Positions 49,605-62,946 of a DNA stretch of 64,000 bases are shown piece by piece (positions within the stretch are counted from its first letter, which is position 1; the number at the start of each line of letters is the position of its first letter). A program made the translations under genes and the position numbers. The notes below the pieces were generated by a model. It ran no database searches. It worked only from the letters and a program-made list of their open reading frames with translations, and was not told the DNA's origin. Source of the DNA: Eremomyces bilateralis CBS 781.70 (lineage: Eukaryota); NCBI GenBank assembly GCA_010015585.1, contig ML975150.1, one strand, 5' to 3'.

Positions 49605-52417
49605 TAGGATCGTGCGGCTACCAACTTCCACTCCTCACCTTTCTCACTTTTACTAACGACTGTACTTAGCCCCTCTCTGGATCTCGAGAGAATTTCACCG
49701 GCTCGTCCTCCTACTGTTATACGCGACAACGGAATCTTTTCGGACTAGCGGGTTTATGCATCATCTTTCATCAGGGTAGAATGGCAGGCACGCATAGGAG
49801 CAATCCGTATTCAGCGCAAGAACTTTCTTTCACATGGACGGGGTCGACGATTGATTTACAAACTCATGATTTCCTTAGGTTATGAAGCGGTGGTAGTCAG
49901 CACGATATCTCCTATTGCACGTTGTCCATCTTTGAGGCGTTTCCCATACGGTTTCATCTATCACAATAACTTCTGATATTCAACGGAGCCCCTGAGCCTT
50001 TCCTTTCGTACAAGCTGCAACATGTGATTATTCCTCTGTGATTATTCCCTAAGCAGCGGCATCGCATTCTCAGCATCTCGCCCCTATTTTCGAAGACATG
50101 ACTGCCCTCAAAACTGTACCATGTCCAGCAGGCAGTAATAAACACGCCAACTGGGGAGCTGCCAGGAACCAGAGGATCACATCATCCACACGCTTTGGAC
50201 TTCTCCGGCCATCGAGGACACTTCTAATCCGCTTGCTTCCGTCGTTATGGCACTTTCCAACCTCTCTTCGTGTTGCCTAATGTGGTTGAGGTTGACATGT
50301 GAGATGATCAAACGACTGAATAGGGCAATTCCTCATCCTCCTCCCTCCCAGCGCTTTTTGCGGTACGTTCCATACCTCTACAGTTTACCAGTACCCATTT
50401 CCCAGACATACTCTATCGCCCAATTTCGAGATATCTTACCCAGTATCGTCTGAAGAAATACCGAACGAAGTCATATCTACCAAGCTGTTCGCTAATTCAT
50501 AACATTCGACCAATGGCTGTAATAGGACGGAGCCACTCACGGAGAGCTACTTTTTCAAGCGACCACTCCGTGCCGGCCTCCGGGTGCCTCTACGTCGGCA
50601 ACTCGCCAACTCTGCGGCGGGGGAACAGGGAACAGTCTCCCCACCATTTGACAACCCACTAACAACTACAGGCCACAAGGTGGATTCCGAGTTTTTGTAA
50701 CGCAGGTGACAGTCGCCACACCCTAACTTAACCACCTTGCCCGGCTCGAACCGAATGGGTTAAGGCGATTCACAAATCACAATTGACAGTTGACAATGAG
50801 GAAACTTCGGTCTTCGACAGATCGTGGGTCGGATGAAGTCCCGATCTGTGTGCCCTACCCTATGCCCGGCTCAATCGGCGGCTCGTAACTGCATCGTATC
50901 AATTGGTTGGAGGTGTGATTTTCCTTGTGACATTCTGCCAATCCGGCATGGGTGCATGGCAGACCACTAATAGACAATACATAGTACGTATATACTACCA
51001 GGGAGCCTCACTGCCTCAGCGACGGCGCTGGGTCCCGGCTCCAACTTCCATCCACGATGTGGATTCACGATCATTGCTGAGAAATTGGAAGGACCTCGAG
51101 GAGCATGTGAACGCTATCGCAGGCTCACCGCCGATGAGGGAGGGGGAATTATGAAAAATCTCTCCGACTCTCACAACTTGGTTCAAGGTGAAATGTGTTG
51201 TCCAGGGATGTCGCTGGCTTTCTTTTCCTTAGTAGTAGGGTACATCGAAGTGATTGATAATTTCATGCATTATTATTTTGTATTCTGTCCCTGATGTCAA
51301 GCAAAATGAACACTTAAGGCTAAAGGACAAAGGGGTTTTTTATATTTTCGGTTTTTCCTTATTTCTTGCCCAGAATCCCCAGCTTCTCCAGATTCTCATG
51401 TGGTCAGATCCCAACCTGATACCCGCTTAGCGCCTTGGTCAAAGGCCGGGGAATTCTGGGCGCCGCACCATACCGAACGTTTAATCCACACCATATCCAC
51501 ATCAATTTCTCGGACGCCGATCTGCACCCTGTCAAGCAAGCATAATAGGGCTTGACGAGTCTACGCGACGTCCGAAGCGAAGAAACCAACGGCCGGCAAC
51601 GGACAAAGGGAGTAAAGACATGGATCAAGATTCAAGGGGCGGAGAAGCCTCTCTTCTTGGAATATATTCGAATAATTACTGCTTTACCTCAAACCTATCT
51701 CGAATCTCGCGAGCAATCATGCTTTGTCTTGCCTTCCACTATGAGAGTATATCCTGAGGAATATGTGGGCGCAAGGTCTGGGTTAGGTTCGCACGATACT
51801 CCGTATTAAATCGCCCTGCATTGCTTTTTCTGACTTCCACAACAAGTCTCTATCTGCCACCTGAAGATGAGTCCCGGACGATCATGATCTAGGGATCTAG
51901 GACTTACGAACTCTTCCCGCAATTTTCCCTTTGCTTTTGTTCCGGTTTTCCGCTACTATTGGCCGGGCCCCTGGACGGACACGCGCTTACATCCCTAGTA
52001 GGTGTTAATCAGTATAGAACCCATGCAGCTAGCCCGTTCCCAGTTAACAGCAATAACTATCCAGGACAGGGAAAGGGATGGTAAGTAAGACGTATCGTGC
52101 TAAGCTCCTAGCAGCATATCCAAGCACTTGGCCAATGGCAAGAAGTCAAGGAACTCATCTCACAATATTCACATGCCTCTTCGCCAGTCCATTTCCGCCG
52201 GGAGCTTCAAACTATCTATATAAAAATGGACATGCTCGTAAGTCGCGCTTCTGATTATGAACAGGGTGGCCGAGGCCGCACTAGAGGAGTGCTGCCACGA
52301 GAGGAAAGAGCCTGGATATTTAATTAACCGTATCGTCCCACCCCGATACGGAGGCATAGGACTCTGGCCATTCCGTCCGTCAATCTCCTATCGTGAGAAG
52401 GTCCTCCCTCTATCAAG

Positions 52418-54118
52418 ATGCGTTCCACCCTCCTCCTTGCGGCCCTCGTGCCCTTCGCGGCGGCCGCCGCCGTCAAACGCGAGGCCACCCCGACGGTCAT
52501 CGCCCCCGTCCCCGCCGCGACGGTCATTGGCACAGCCGGTGACAAAGTCGAGAGCTTCCGGGGTATCCCGTTCGCCCAGCCGCCGGTGGGCAACCTCCGG
52601 CTGCGTCCGCCGCAGCCGCTGGACGCGCCCCTGGGGAAAATCGACGGGACCGAGTCGGCGAAGGCGTGTCCCCAGATGTTCTTCACCACCGCGAAGGAGC
52701 AGCTCCCGGCGAACTTACTGGGCACCTTGATGAACCTGCCGCTGTTCCAAGAGGTGCTGAATGCGGGCGAGGATTGTCTGACCCTCGATGTCTTCCGGCC
52801 CGCGGGAGTCCCGGCCGATGCGAAGCTGCCGGTGCTGTTCTGGATCTATGGCGGTGGGTTTGAGTTGGGCTCGACCTCATTGTTCAACGGCGAGAGCATG
52901 GCTGAAGCGTCCGTGGATACGAACATGCCCGTTATCTTCGTGGGCGTCAACTATCGCGTGGGAGGCTTCGGTTTCATGCCCGGCAAGGAGATCAAGGCCG
53001 ACGGGGCCGGGAACTTGGGCTTGCTCGACCAGAAAATGGGCCTGCAGTGGGTAGCGGACAACATCGCGGCCTTCGGCGGCGATCCGGACAAGGTCACCAT
53101 CTGGGGCGAGTCGGCTGGAGCGATCAGCGTGCTGGACCAGATGATCATGTTCGATGGCGACAACACGTACAAGGGCAAACCGCTCTTCCGCGGGGCGATT
53201 ATGAACTCGGGAGGAATCATCCCCGCCGACCCCATCGATGGCCGCAAGGGCCAGCTCGTCTACGACTCCGTCGTGAAGAACGGCGACTGCGCCAGCGCGT
53301 CCGACACCTTGCAATGCTTGCGCGAGCTGCCGTATGACGACTTCTTGGACGCCACCAACTCTGTTCCGGGTATCCTGAGCTACTTCTCCGTCTCTCTGGC
53401 CTACCTTCCCCGGCCCGACGGCTTGTCGCTGACCGATTCCCCCGACGAAGTGGCCCTTGCCGGCAAGTTCGCCAAAGTTCCATTCATCATCGGTGACCAG
53501 GAAGACGAAGGGACGCTGTTCTCCCTGTTTCAGACCAACATCACGACCAACGAGGAGTTGAACACGTACCTTAACACCATATTCTTCCCGTACGTCGACC
53601 CCCCGATCGTCTCGGGCCTCGTCGACACATATGGAACGGGTGCGCTGGAAAGTGTCACCGAAAACTCGCCCTTCCGGACTGGATTAGGGAATTCCCTATA
53701 CCCACAATTCAAGAAACTCGCCGCCATTCTCGGCGACCTCACCTTCACGTTGACGCGGCGTGCCCTCCTCGACGGCCTCGCAGCCGTGGCGCCCGAAGTA
53801 CCGTCGTGGTCATACCTCGCATCCTACGACTACGGCACGCCGGTGCTCGGGACCTTCCACGGCTCGGATTTGCTGCAGGTGTTCTTCGGCATCGTGCCGA
53901 ACTACGCCAGTCGGTCGATCCACTCGTACTACTTCAGCTTCGTGTACAACCTGGATCCGAACGAAGGGGACCACACGTATATGAAGTGGCCGCAGTGGAA
54001 CGACGGGAAGAAGAAGCTGATGAACTTCTTCGCGAATAAGGCGGAGCTCATCAATGATGACTTCCGGCAGGATTCGTATGAGTATATATTGGAGCATCGG
54101 GCGGAACTCAAGATTTGA
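52418..54118 (+). CDS. Secreted type-B carboxylesterase / lipase
   Basis: Signal peptide, FRGIPFAQPP, EDCLTLDV, WIYGGGF, GESAG catalytic Ser, EDEGT, FHGSD; TATATAAAA near 52217. Confidence 0.95.
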   Translation: MRSTLLLAALVPFAAAAAVKREATPTVIAPVPAATVIGTAGDKVESFRGIPFAQPPVGNLRLRPPQPLDAPLGKIDGTESAKACPQMFFTTAKEQLPANLLGTLMNLPLFQEVLNAGEDCLTLDVFRPAGVPADAKLPVLFWIYGGGFELGSTSLFNGESMAEASVDTNMPVIFVGVNYRVGGFGFMPGKEIKADGAGNLGLLDQKMGLQWVADNIAAFGGDPDKVTIWGESAGAISVLDQMIMFDGDNTYKGKPLFRGAIMNSGGIIPADPIDGRKGQLVYDSVVKNGDCASASDTLQCLRELPYDDFLDATNSVPGILSYFSVSLAYLPRPDGLSLTDSPDEVALAGKFAKVPFIIGDQEDEGTLFSLFQTNITTNEELNTYLNTIFFPYVDPPIVSGLVDTYGTGALESVTENSPFRTGLGNSLYPQFKKLAAILGDLTFTLTRRALLDGLAAVAPEVPSWSYLASYDYGTPVLGTFHGSDLLQVFFGIVPNYASRSIHSYYFSFVYNLDPNEGDHTYMKWPQWNDGKKKLMNFFANKAELINDDFRQDSYEYILEHRAELKI

Positions 54119-54510
54119 AGAACCATAAAGTCGCTGCGAGGATTAATTGATTTATACTGTAATGTTTTGGTTTTGCAGATACGATTAATGGAATAATTGC
54201 TGTCTCCCTTGTTGCTTGTTCGTCCTCGTGAGGAACTTAGGCCTGTCAATTGGAGGGAAATGATAGGAACCATGTTGGAAGTTCACATGGCATTCTCGCT
54301 AGATCCGTCGACTCTAACACGTAAGTAATGTTTTCCTCGGTAATAATAGTTGTCATCCGCCTCATTCAAAGCAATCCCAACCAGACTCCAATATTTCTTT
54401 CCGATGAACTATTCAACCCCCCGGTGTGTAATACATCCGAGACGAACTCCTCGTTCAAGTAATCCGTGAACGCCCTGACCAATGCCCGGGTCAAGAAAAC
54501 CGAACAACTC

Positions 54511-55786
54511 TTAAACAGTGACGAAGAAGGCATATCCAATCGCAATAGCGGCCGTGGCTACTGCCCAGATCCCTCCCCAAATCGCACCTCCGTATTTCGT
54601 CGCACCCATCACTGTGGAACCCGTCTCGACGATCGCGTGAAACATTTGGATGCTCATCAAGTACAGTGCGCGCAGGAAAATGCTCGCGATTCGCTTCCCG
54701 GCGATGGTGGAAGGATTGAGCGGCCCAATGGTATGGAGAAAAGTCCCCCATACACTCGCCGTCGCTGGGTCGAAGGCTTCCCGGTCTCCCAGCTCCGCTG
54801 CAGTGGGCTCGAACCCCTTTCTAGCAGCCGGCGCAAATATGAAGGCTCTAATGGCGGCTGCAACCGGCAGCAACAAGAAGGGAAGGATTATCTGGAATTC
54901 CTTCGAATGGGCGCGCTCGAAGCTGATGGCATCGAAGTACGTCGCGATCTGAGCCGTGAGGGCGCCATTTCGATAGAAGAAGAAGAGCGACACGCTATAG
55001 ACGGCTGTGGCGAAGAGCGTCGTGACCAAAGTGATTCTTGGGTCGTTCAGGACACTGTTGGCCGAAGCAGGGAGCACGGGATCGGATGGTGGAGTCGGAT
55101 ACCATGGAGTGCTGGGCCGGAGGATCGTGAAAGGCAAAGATGTTGCCAGTGTTGATATAAGGTACAGAACAAGACATGTCATTACCGACACGTTCTTAAA
55201 GGTATATAAGAACAGGTAGTGAGGGGCCCATGTCGCCACGCAAGCGTTCCAGGCATCCCTATCTATTGCTCTAATCAGCATTTGAACGTTCATAGCGATT
55301 CGAATACATACCGTCGAAATTTAAAATCCACATAGTCGCGATGGTAAAGAGCTTCAGGATCGGTATCAAGGCGTTGAGCTCCGGATCGCCTTCTCGAGTC
55401 GGCCGGCGAGAGACCGACGTAATCTCGGTGCTCGCCCAGAACGGCATCGCCCATAGGAACAAAAGGTTCACCATAAAACTGAATCCCATGCAGTTGACAA
55501 ACCCTCGATAGCCCTGCAGGTAGTCCCCCTCGGGCTCAATTACTTCGATGTACCTCCCGCGACGGCGCTCGATGCCCTTCGCAAGGGTTCCAAAGACCTT
55601 AGACGGCGTGGAGTCGACATCGGACAGTTCGGGTTCCGGAGACACGCGAGACTTCTTCGATCGTGTCGTCGTCCCCTTGGACGCCGCCCTAGACGTGGAT
55701 GCTTTACGGGCGCGCGACCTGGTGGCTTCGCGATCGGCTGTCTCGGTTGAGTCGCGGGAAGCGGATTTGCGGTGGCTTGGAGCCAT
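54511..55786 (-). CDS. Hypothetical multi-pass membrane protein, 2 exons
   Basis: Basic S/R/K-rich N-terminus followed by several hydrophobic segments; intron near 55257-55311 (GTATGT..CTGAT..TAG) joins the two ORFs. Confidence 0.7.
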
Positions 55787-58700
55787 GGTTATGATCTCGA
55801 GCTGCTTCCACAGAGTTGAAATGGCGGGGTGTTAAGGAAGCGATGTATTATGTCTGGAAACAGACGAGACGGGTGGCATAAACATGAAGACATGAATGAA
55901 GCTGAGAAGAAGTCAAGCACGGGTGGTGGCTGGGAAATGCTGCGAGATGCTCTGGCTCCGCGTCGCGACGTCACTCTGACCAGTAGACTGTATCAGCCAA
56001 TCAGAATGCGATGCAGCTGTCCATCACAACTTGCAGCCTTGACGCCTTGTTGTCTTTGTGGCGGCCTTCATTTCTCAGGTCACAAAGTTTCATGTTCCAG
56101 TCCACAGCAATCCCGAGGCACCAGACGGAGTATGTTCCGAAGTCAGGTCAAGTCACAACGTTGGTCTCGGTTTGATCTTAACAAATTTCCATGTCAGTAA
56201 GATTCATGTTGCAAACTCAAGGATTAGGTACTGATCATATCATGGTCTAGATTCATGGACCCGGCTCTGTGAACCCTCTCTTGGTTTTGTATCCACTTGA
56301 ATATCTCCGTATCCCAGCGGCGAGCACTCCATCTCTCCCCTCAGCGTCAAACAGGTAAACTCAAAAGTCATCCGGACTCCATCGAGTATTACAGCAGTCA
56401 ACTACGCATTGATCAACCTTAATCAAGTCTGAATACCACCATTCGAGCGCCGGTCCTCCTGTCGTGAAGGTGATCTTCAGATCTTGAAGTTGGGGTTGGC
56501 CAGCTGTGCATCAGGCCTGGCGACGGGGTGCTCACTGTCCGACATCTAAGAGAATCTGTGGGATCTCTAGGTGTCGCAGTGAAGAGAGTGAACGGGGTAT
56601 GGAGGGGATGGCTGGTCGCGTGTATAGGTAATGCCAGGATCTCTTCAAAGAGTTCATACCGATCACTACGACCTTGACAAGCCAATACTAATGTGTTCAG
56701 CGTTCGATAGAGCATGTCAACCCCAGAGCCCCACCATCGAGGGTTCCCATCATGATCTCAATATCCAATTCATCCAAACAATATTACAGATCTGCTGTAG
56801 CACCTGCCCTCTCCAACCGTAGCATGGCCTCTCCCTTTCTAACCCCCTCACTCATCCCACCCTCCTCTCAGTTCCTTGCCGCTCTTCTGGCTTTCACGTA
56901 GAAGGAGGTGTGTGTGACAGACGTTTAGCTAGACTTCGAACGGGGATAGATTGTGACACGACGGAGAATAGAGGCTAACCTAACCACTGCAACATCAAAT
57001 GAATAGAGATGGCGTGAATATGGGAAATAGGTCCGCATCTGGGTGCAGTCCCCGCAAATACAGAACTGAGACAGGAACGTGGCGGTATCCAGATGTCGGA
57101 TAGCATAAAGAGTTCTATTACAGAGGTACTCTAACTTTAAGTAGAAAGTTCATTGCGGAGCTTAAGCGAGAGGGGATTCGACTCATTCGAGGCACTGAAA
57201 GCTCACGGACCTAAAGTCGTGCATGGAGGTTCGTAGGGAATAAGAATCTAGAGCTGCTCAGGACCAAGTAGCCCGACTCCTAGAAGAACCGGCAATGAAG
57301 CTAAATCGCAGATATGTCCCTTATATCCAGTAAACCTGTTCCAAATCCCCGTACCCGAATACCTCGGGCGTGATTTCAACGATCATACTTAACAAGGAAG
57401 GTGGCCGAAGCAGCCCATGGCGCTTTGACGCCTCATCTCGTTCCACGACATGGAGCGATAACGCGATAAGTCTCTAGGGCAATATCCACATGTTCTGCGC
57501 ATTAGCCTATTGGCGGTCCCAGGTGTTCGACGCGTCCTAACTCCTAACCGCAGATCAGACGACCGCATGCGCAGACTAGCTTGTTGCTGTCAATGGGAGA
57601 TAGCAGACTGGGTGTACGGCTTGGGGAATGGAGGAAAGCGAAGGGAGGGGATGAGGAGATAGCAGGACAAAAGGAGGTGTTGAAGACGCGAGAGAGTCGG
57701 GATGATATGTGAATTAAGGGTTGACGACATCCCACTGAGAGTGGGGGTCAACGGAAGGCGAGAAGCTGACTGGGGAAGAAGGGATGCGACTTGTGAGTAA
57801 TTAGATAAGGAAATGTTCGAAATGCCATGTTCAACGACCAGTGGTGTTCGAAGTTGGAGTGTGAACAGAATAGCCATTTCCAAAGATCATTATACCGGAA
57901 TAAATTGAGGAGACAGACAGCCTTGAACCAGTGGGCCACGGGTATCAAATAGCCCGTTTCCCCAAATAATGCTTCACCCAACACGTGGCACTACATATAC
58001 TGGTATCCATCCCTACCATCCACTCATCACGATGCTAGTGCAAGTCTTTAAGGTACAGTACAGGCGTAAAGGTATGATCGGTGGTTTAATTGTCCATCAG
58101 GATGCTCAATGACCCTTCTAGGACATCAAAAACGGGTCAACTAGGCACGATTGATGCCATCCAGATCTCGCTTCGGTACCGCAAGACCATCGACCCAATG
58201 GATTGACCTGGAGATATTATCCATAATTCCGTATCCAAATCCGTGGTCACGGTTCCTGTTTCAACCCGATGAAACCTCAATCCAAACGTTCAGGCGCTTT
58301 CTCGAAGACGATGAAGTATCAAGTACCTGATCCCCCCAGCCAATTGAGATTCCCAACGAATTCCCCACTGCGACCTTTGCTCCCTCCACCAACCGTACCT
58401 CCCCACCAGACCCCACCCCTGAGCTCCCCCCTCGGAGATACTCAACCACGGACAGACCGCCGTCCAGACCAGGGAGCGACGAGCTCGGAGACGCGCCATC
58501 CGTTAACTGCAAACGGTTCCGCCGCCGCCAATCATGGGCAACCTTCCCCGCGTTGGCCGAACGGGCGCTGGATTTCAGAGATGCGTGGCCTTGAAAATTT
58601 TTCACGGCCAATGAGGGCAGCCTGATGGAGGGGCCTAGAGCCGATCGAAGTCCGTTCGCTCGACGTGACGGCTCGTCGTGTCGCCATGAACGTAGGTCAG

Positions 58701-59996
58701 TGACGACGGTTCGTGAGACGGTGTGATGATTCTTCCAATCGTCTTGAGTCGAGATGACTTGGGAAGATGATGCATCAGGTTCAACGAACGCCTGTATTAG
58801 AACCATCATCTACAGAATCATTAATCTATTCACCAAGGTAGGTATTACTGATGACATCGTTTGCGATTTGGATAGGATCTTATCCTTGCGCTCAACAAAA
58901 GGTTGAAGCTTTGGCAGAATCGGGTGCTTGACTGGAAAAGTCGGATGCTGCCGATGCTCAGAGCCGAACCATTCGGCATGCCGGTAACTCCGTAGATCGA
59001 GTTGGAAGGACCCAGGGTTCATGCCCCTTTCTCATCTGCATTGGGTATCAAAATAGAAACGCCGGATGGAGGTCCTTGAAATCGAGAGGCTTTGAATAGT
59101 CACTCTTCTAGAACCCCATATCACTTTAATCATGGTGTACCTGGGGGGTGCAAGACTCTAAATGCGGGAGGAAGCTTGAAATGCAAGCCTCAACTTGCTC
59201 AATCTATTCCGAAAACCAGATACATTACTATCTATGCAGTGAAGCCAATAGCCCTAGATCTTACCGTGATACATCAGCATCTTGGAACGGGTGCCATGGT
59301 TCGATGTTCCCCTCTTTGCTCCGATGGTACATATCGACATCCTCACATGTACCCATCAGGAACTTCTACGCGATCAAAGTACGATCAATTCCATGCTGTA
59401 GTATGCTCAAGGCGTGTGGCTTGTAGCCTTTCCCCTCCAATTCGCTCCGATCCGACCAATTGGGGACAATGGCCCAAGACCTGCTCCGGTGCTCCCATCT
59501 TTCCCCCCGCTCCAATCCACATCGGACGTGAACTCCACCGGAACATGGGGGCGTTCTCGACATTTCTCGCCTCTCGGTCATCTGCAGCAAGCCAGCCAGG
59601 CGGGCGTGTCCGCGTGTGGCCAACAGAGCCTGGTTGACGACATGGAAGTGGATTTGGTGCCGTTGTGGACTAGAAATGCCCGAGCCCATCCACCCGATCG
59701 AAAGCGAACCACCCGCCCCAGCTTTTCCATCACTCATTCCATTACCCAACCGTTTACCTCCCACCACCCAATATCTCCCTCCCCAATCTTGAACCGCTCT
59801 TTATCGATCGACCTTGCTTTTGTCTTGTTATTATTAACCGTTCCTACACACCATATCTTTCCAGCCCAAATTTCCCCCCGCCGAACCCGGATTCCCGACA
59901 CCGTGGGAGGGCCTCCCCGTCTCGTCCCCCTCGTCGCCCTGCGATTCCTCCCGTTGGGGTGTGTCGGCCAGGCTTAGGTCGGCGGCGTTCCTGCAG

Positions 59997-61618
59997 ATGT
60001 CCGATAGCAGATCTCTCGACGATTTGGCCGCCGCGCCCGCGGTCGGGAGGGAGGAGCATTTGCGAGACGTGTCGACAGATTCGCTACAGTCCACGCCCGA
60101 GCCGGAGCCTGAAGCATCGCAGGAGCATAATCTTCAGCAACCGAAGCGAAAAGGTGGGCGCAAGCCGGTGAGCACTCTTGATTCTCTCTATATCTCTCAT
60201 GTTTTGTGTTGCTATTTGAATCGGACTATCACCATTGCAACTATCATTCCGAGTCAACACCCACGTTCTGTCTCAGTTTTCCTTCGTATCCTTTCCTTCG
60301 CATGTGACCGTGGACTCCCGCATATGGCCACCGCATGTCGTCAATGTCGAGACCCCAGCTAATCGAAGCCAAAAAGATCTATGCCACGTCCGAGGAGCGG
60401 AAGCAGCGCAACCGACAAGCGCAGGCGGCCTTTCGTGAACGGCGGACCGAGTATATCAAGCAGCTGGAGGCCACCATCAAGCAGCATGAGGAGACGCTGC
60501 AAACCCTCCAGGCCAACCACCGCAATGCCGCGGACGAGTGTCTGATGCTGCGGTATAAGAACTCGTTGCTCGAACGAATCTTGCTCGAAAAGGGTGGGTC
60601 CCCCTGGTTCTCCGCGGAAGCTCTCAGCTTCCTTATCACGGCCAAAGCTCCCATAGCTAATCTCTGAACTCAGGGATCGATGTTCAAGCCGAACTCCATG
60701 CGAAAGGAGGCAGTCCTCAACTCGGCGCGACCCGAACGACCACCGCACCAACACCCATTTCCAACCAAGCCCGCTTCAGCTTTCCCCGAGCAGCAACCAA
60801 CCCAGCCCGCCGCTCCGTCGGCGCCATCCCCGGAAATCCCGATGGCGCTCACCCCCTCCAAAACCGCTCCCCTCACCTCCAACCAACGCCCACTTCGCAG
60901 TCCTCCTCGCCCCCCACCACCTCGACCCGCTCCCCGAACTTCCTCCCGCAGCCCAATAGCAACATGTCCCCGTCCTTCAACGCGGTGCCGGGGGCCACCG
61001 GTCAACCTATAAGACCGCAGCAACCGCCCCCGCTGCGTCCGCAGGGCAATCCACGGCAATCACCCGGTCGACTGGTGACCAGCTACCCGAACTCGGGGGC
61101 GGCGCAGAACGGGCCGCGGAGCGCGCCGCATCAATTCTACCCCTCGCCATTCCAGAACCACATCGATCAGCTTGGTATGTAACCACTTCCACACGCCATA
61201 TCATGTTATCTCCCCTCTCAAATCACCGTCACGTCCTCCTATTCTAATTGCTAACCTCCCCCCAGAGCAAGAATACGACGCCGAAGCCGACATGGTCGAC
61301 GAACCCTCCCCCAGCGACCCTCCCACCGCCCGCTCGCCCTACCCCCACAACTACTACAACCCCGCCTCTCAAATGCAAAGCATGCCCCCCCCTCCCGCCG
61401 TCGCCTCGCAAGGGCCCAACCAACCCTTCCCCCCGCCAACAGCCGCCCCGCCCCAGCCACCCCAGCCGCAGCAGCGGCGGCCACCGCCGCAGGGGGAGAG
61501 TGGGATGAGCGGGGCGAACCGGTTGTTCGATCCGTATGATCCGATTTTGGACGCGGATCCGTTTGGGTTGTCGGCGAGTATGCAGTTCCCGACGCAGTTT
61601 ACGTATGAGACACGTTGA
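59997..61618 (+). CDS. bZIP transcription factor, 4 exons
   Basis: KRKGGRKP|IYATSEERKQRNRQAQAAFRERRTEYIKQLE plus leucine zipper; introns 60168-60376, 60594-60673 and near 61175-61265; C-terminal DADPFGLSASMQFP. Confidence 0.9.
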
Positions 61619-62946
61619 GGGGATGGAACGGGTGCCGTTGGATGTTATATCCTTTTCTTTGTATGATGTGGGACCGGGGTGATCATAATGTTTGGGGCTC
61701 ATAGCGAGCTCAGCACGTGCCAAACACCGCGCACGAGAGTCACTTGACCGGGGTTTCACAGCGCTTTAGGGTTCGGATCCGAGTACGGGTATGGCGTTTT
61801 AGCTGGGAGCTTTTTACGGGAATCGCAATGCATGAACTGGGGATGATTCTTCCGCCGGTGCAGCTTTTGACATGGCCAGACAGCATCGGGCTTTTCCTCA
61901 CCGGCGTTGCGCGTCGCTGCGGTTTTTCAACACAAAAGTTTCAACAAGCGTTGGGGTTTGGCCTTTTGCGACACTCCACGAGACGGGAGGGACAAGGCAG
62001 GGCTTGTTGTGGATATTCACGACTACAACCAAACTGTGCATACTGCCTGATGGCTGATACCCCGTTGTCTCTGTTGATGGTCCAGAACCTTTTGTCTGGA
62101 TGAGTACTGTGGAGTTCTGGTCTGCTTGATGGGCAGGGAGCGCAGCCGGATGTATTCTACCTTACTAGCGAGATTGGTCGAGCCAGCTGCCAGGGAAGAT
62201 CGGGTGTAATCCGGTGCTCTGGGTTGATGTCGGACTCGACCAATGTACCATCCACTTCTTCTATACTATCGATATCCCACGCTGTTGATGTGATGTCACT
62301 GCATGATTGACTGGGAGGAACTGGGGATTGCTCACTCCGCATCTTGGTTGGGTGGATTGTAGACGACTGCATTAACTATAGGTACGGTATAAACCGGATA
62401 TCACGATAGGATACCCTGAGAGTAAATATACGTTGGTATGACGCAAACCCGAATAATGGTCGGATGGTGGTAAATGGGAATTGATGGAATTGAAGCGGGT
62501 CTGAGCTCCAAGTAAAATTGTCGCTTAGGGCCGAATTGGCACACACAACCAACTGGCCACAGAACTGACACACACAACACCCGAACCACCTCGCTCCTTC
62601 CTCTCCTCCCTCTAGCGACTTCCAACTTTCCTACCCATCGCCCGTCGATCCTACTTCTTCATCACCACCCCCCGATCCAACCATCCCCCTCCCCCAATCC
62701 ATCCACCATCCCATTTCCCAAAAGCTCTCATCAGCAGAGCTTTCCCTTCCCGCATCCCGCCCTCCCTCACATCATCGGGGAGCGCCAACCGTCCCGCTTC
62801 TTTTCGTGAGAGCTCGCGAGTTCCTGGACGCACGCGTTGTCGTCCGTGGAGCAATTGGCTCTTACGTTCCCGAGGTCCGCACGCCTCCCAGTCTGAGAGT
62901 CACCCGGTGAGAAAGCGCGATTCGCGCGCAATAGAGGTCTTTCATC

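Noticed and set aside
56830..56990. CTAACC-like words as a telomerase RNA template or telomeric repeat
   Set aside because: No 1.5-copy CCCTAA template and no tandem array.
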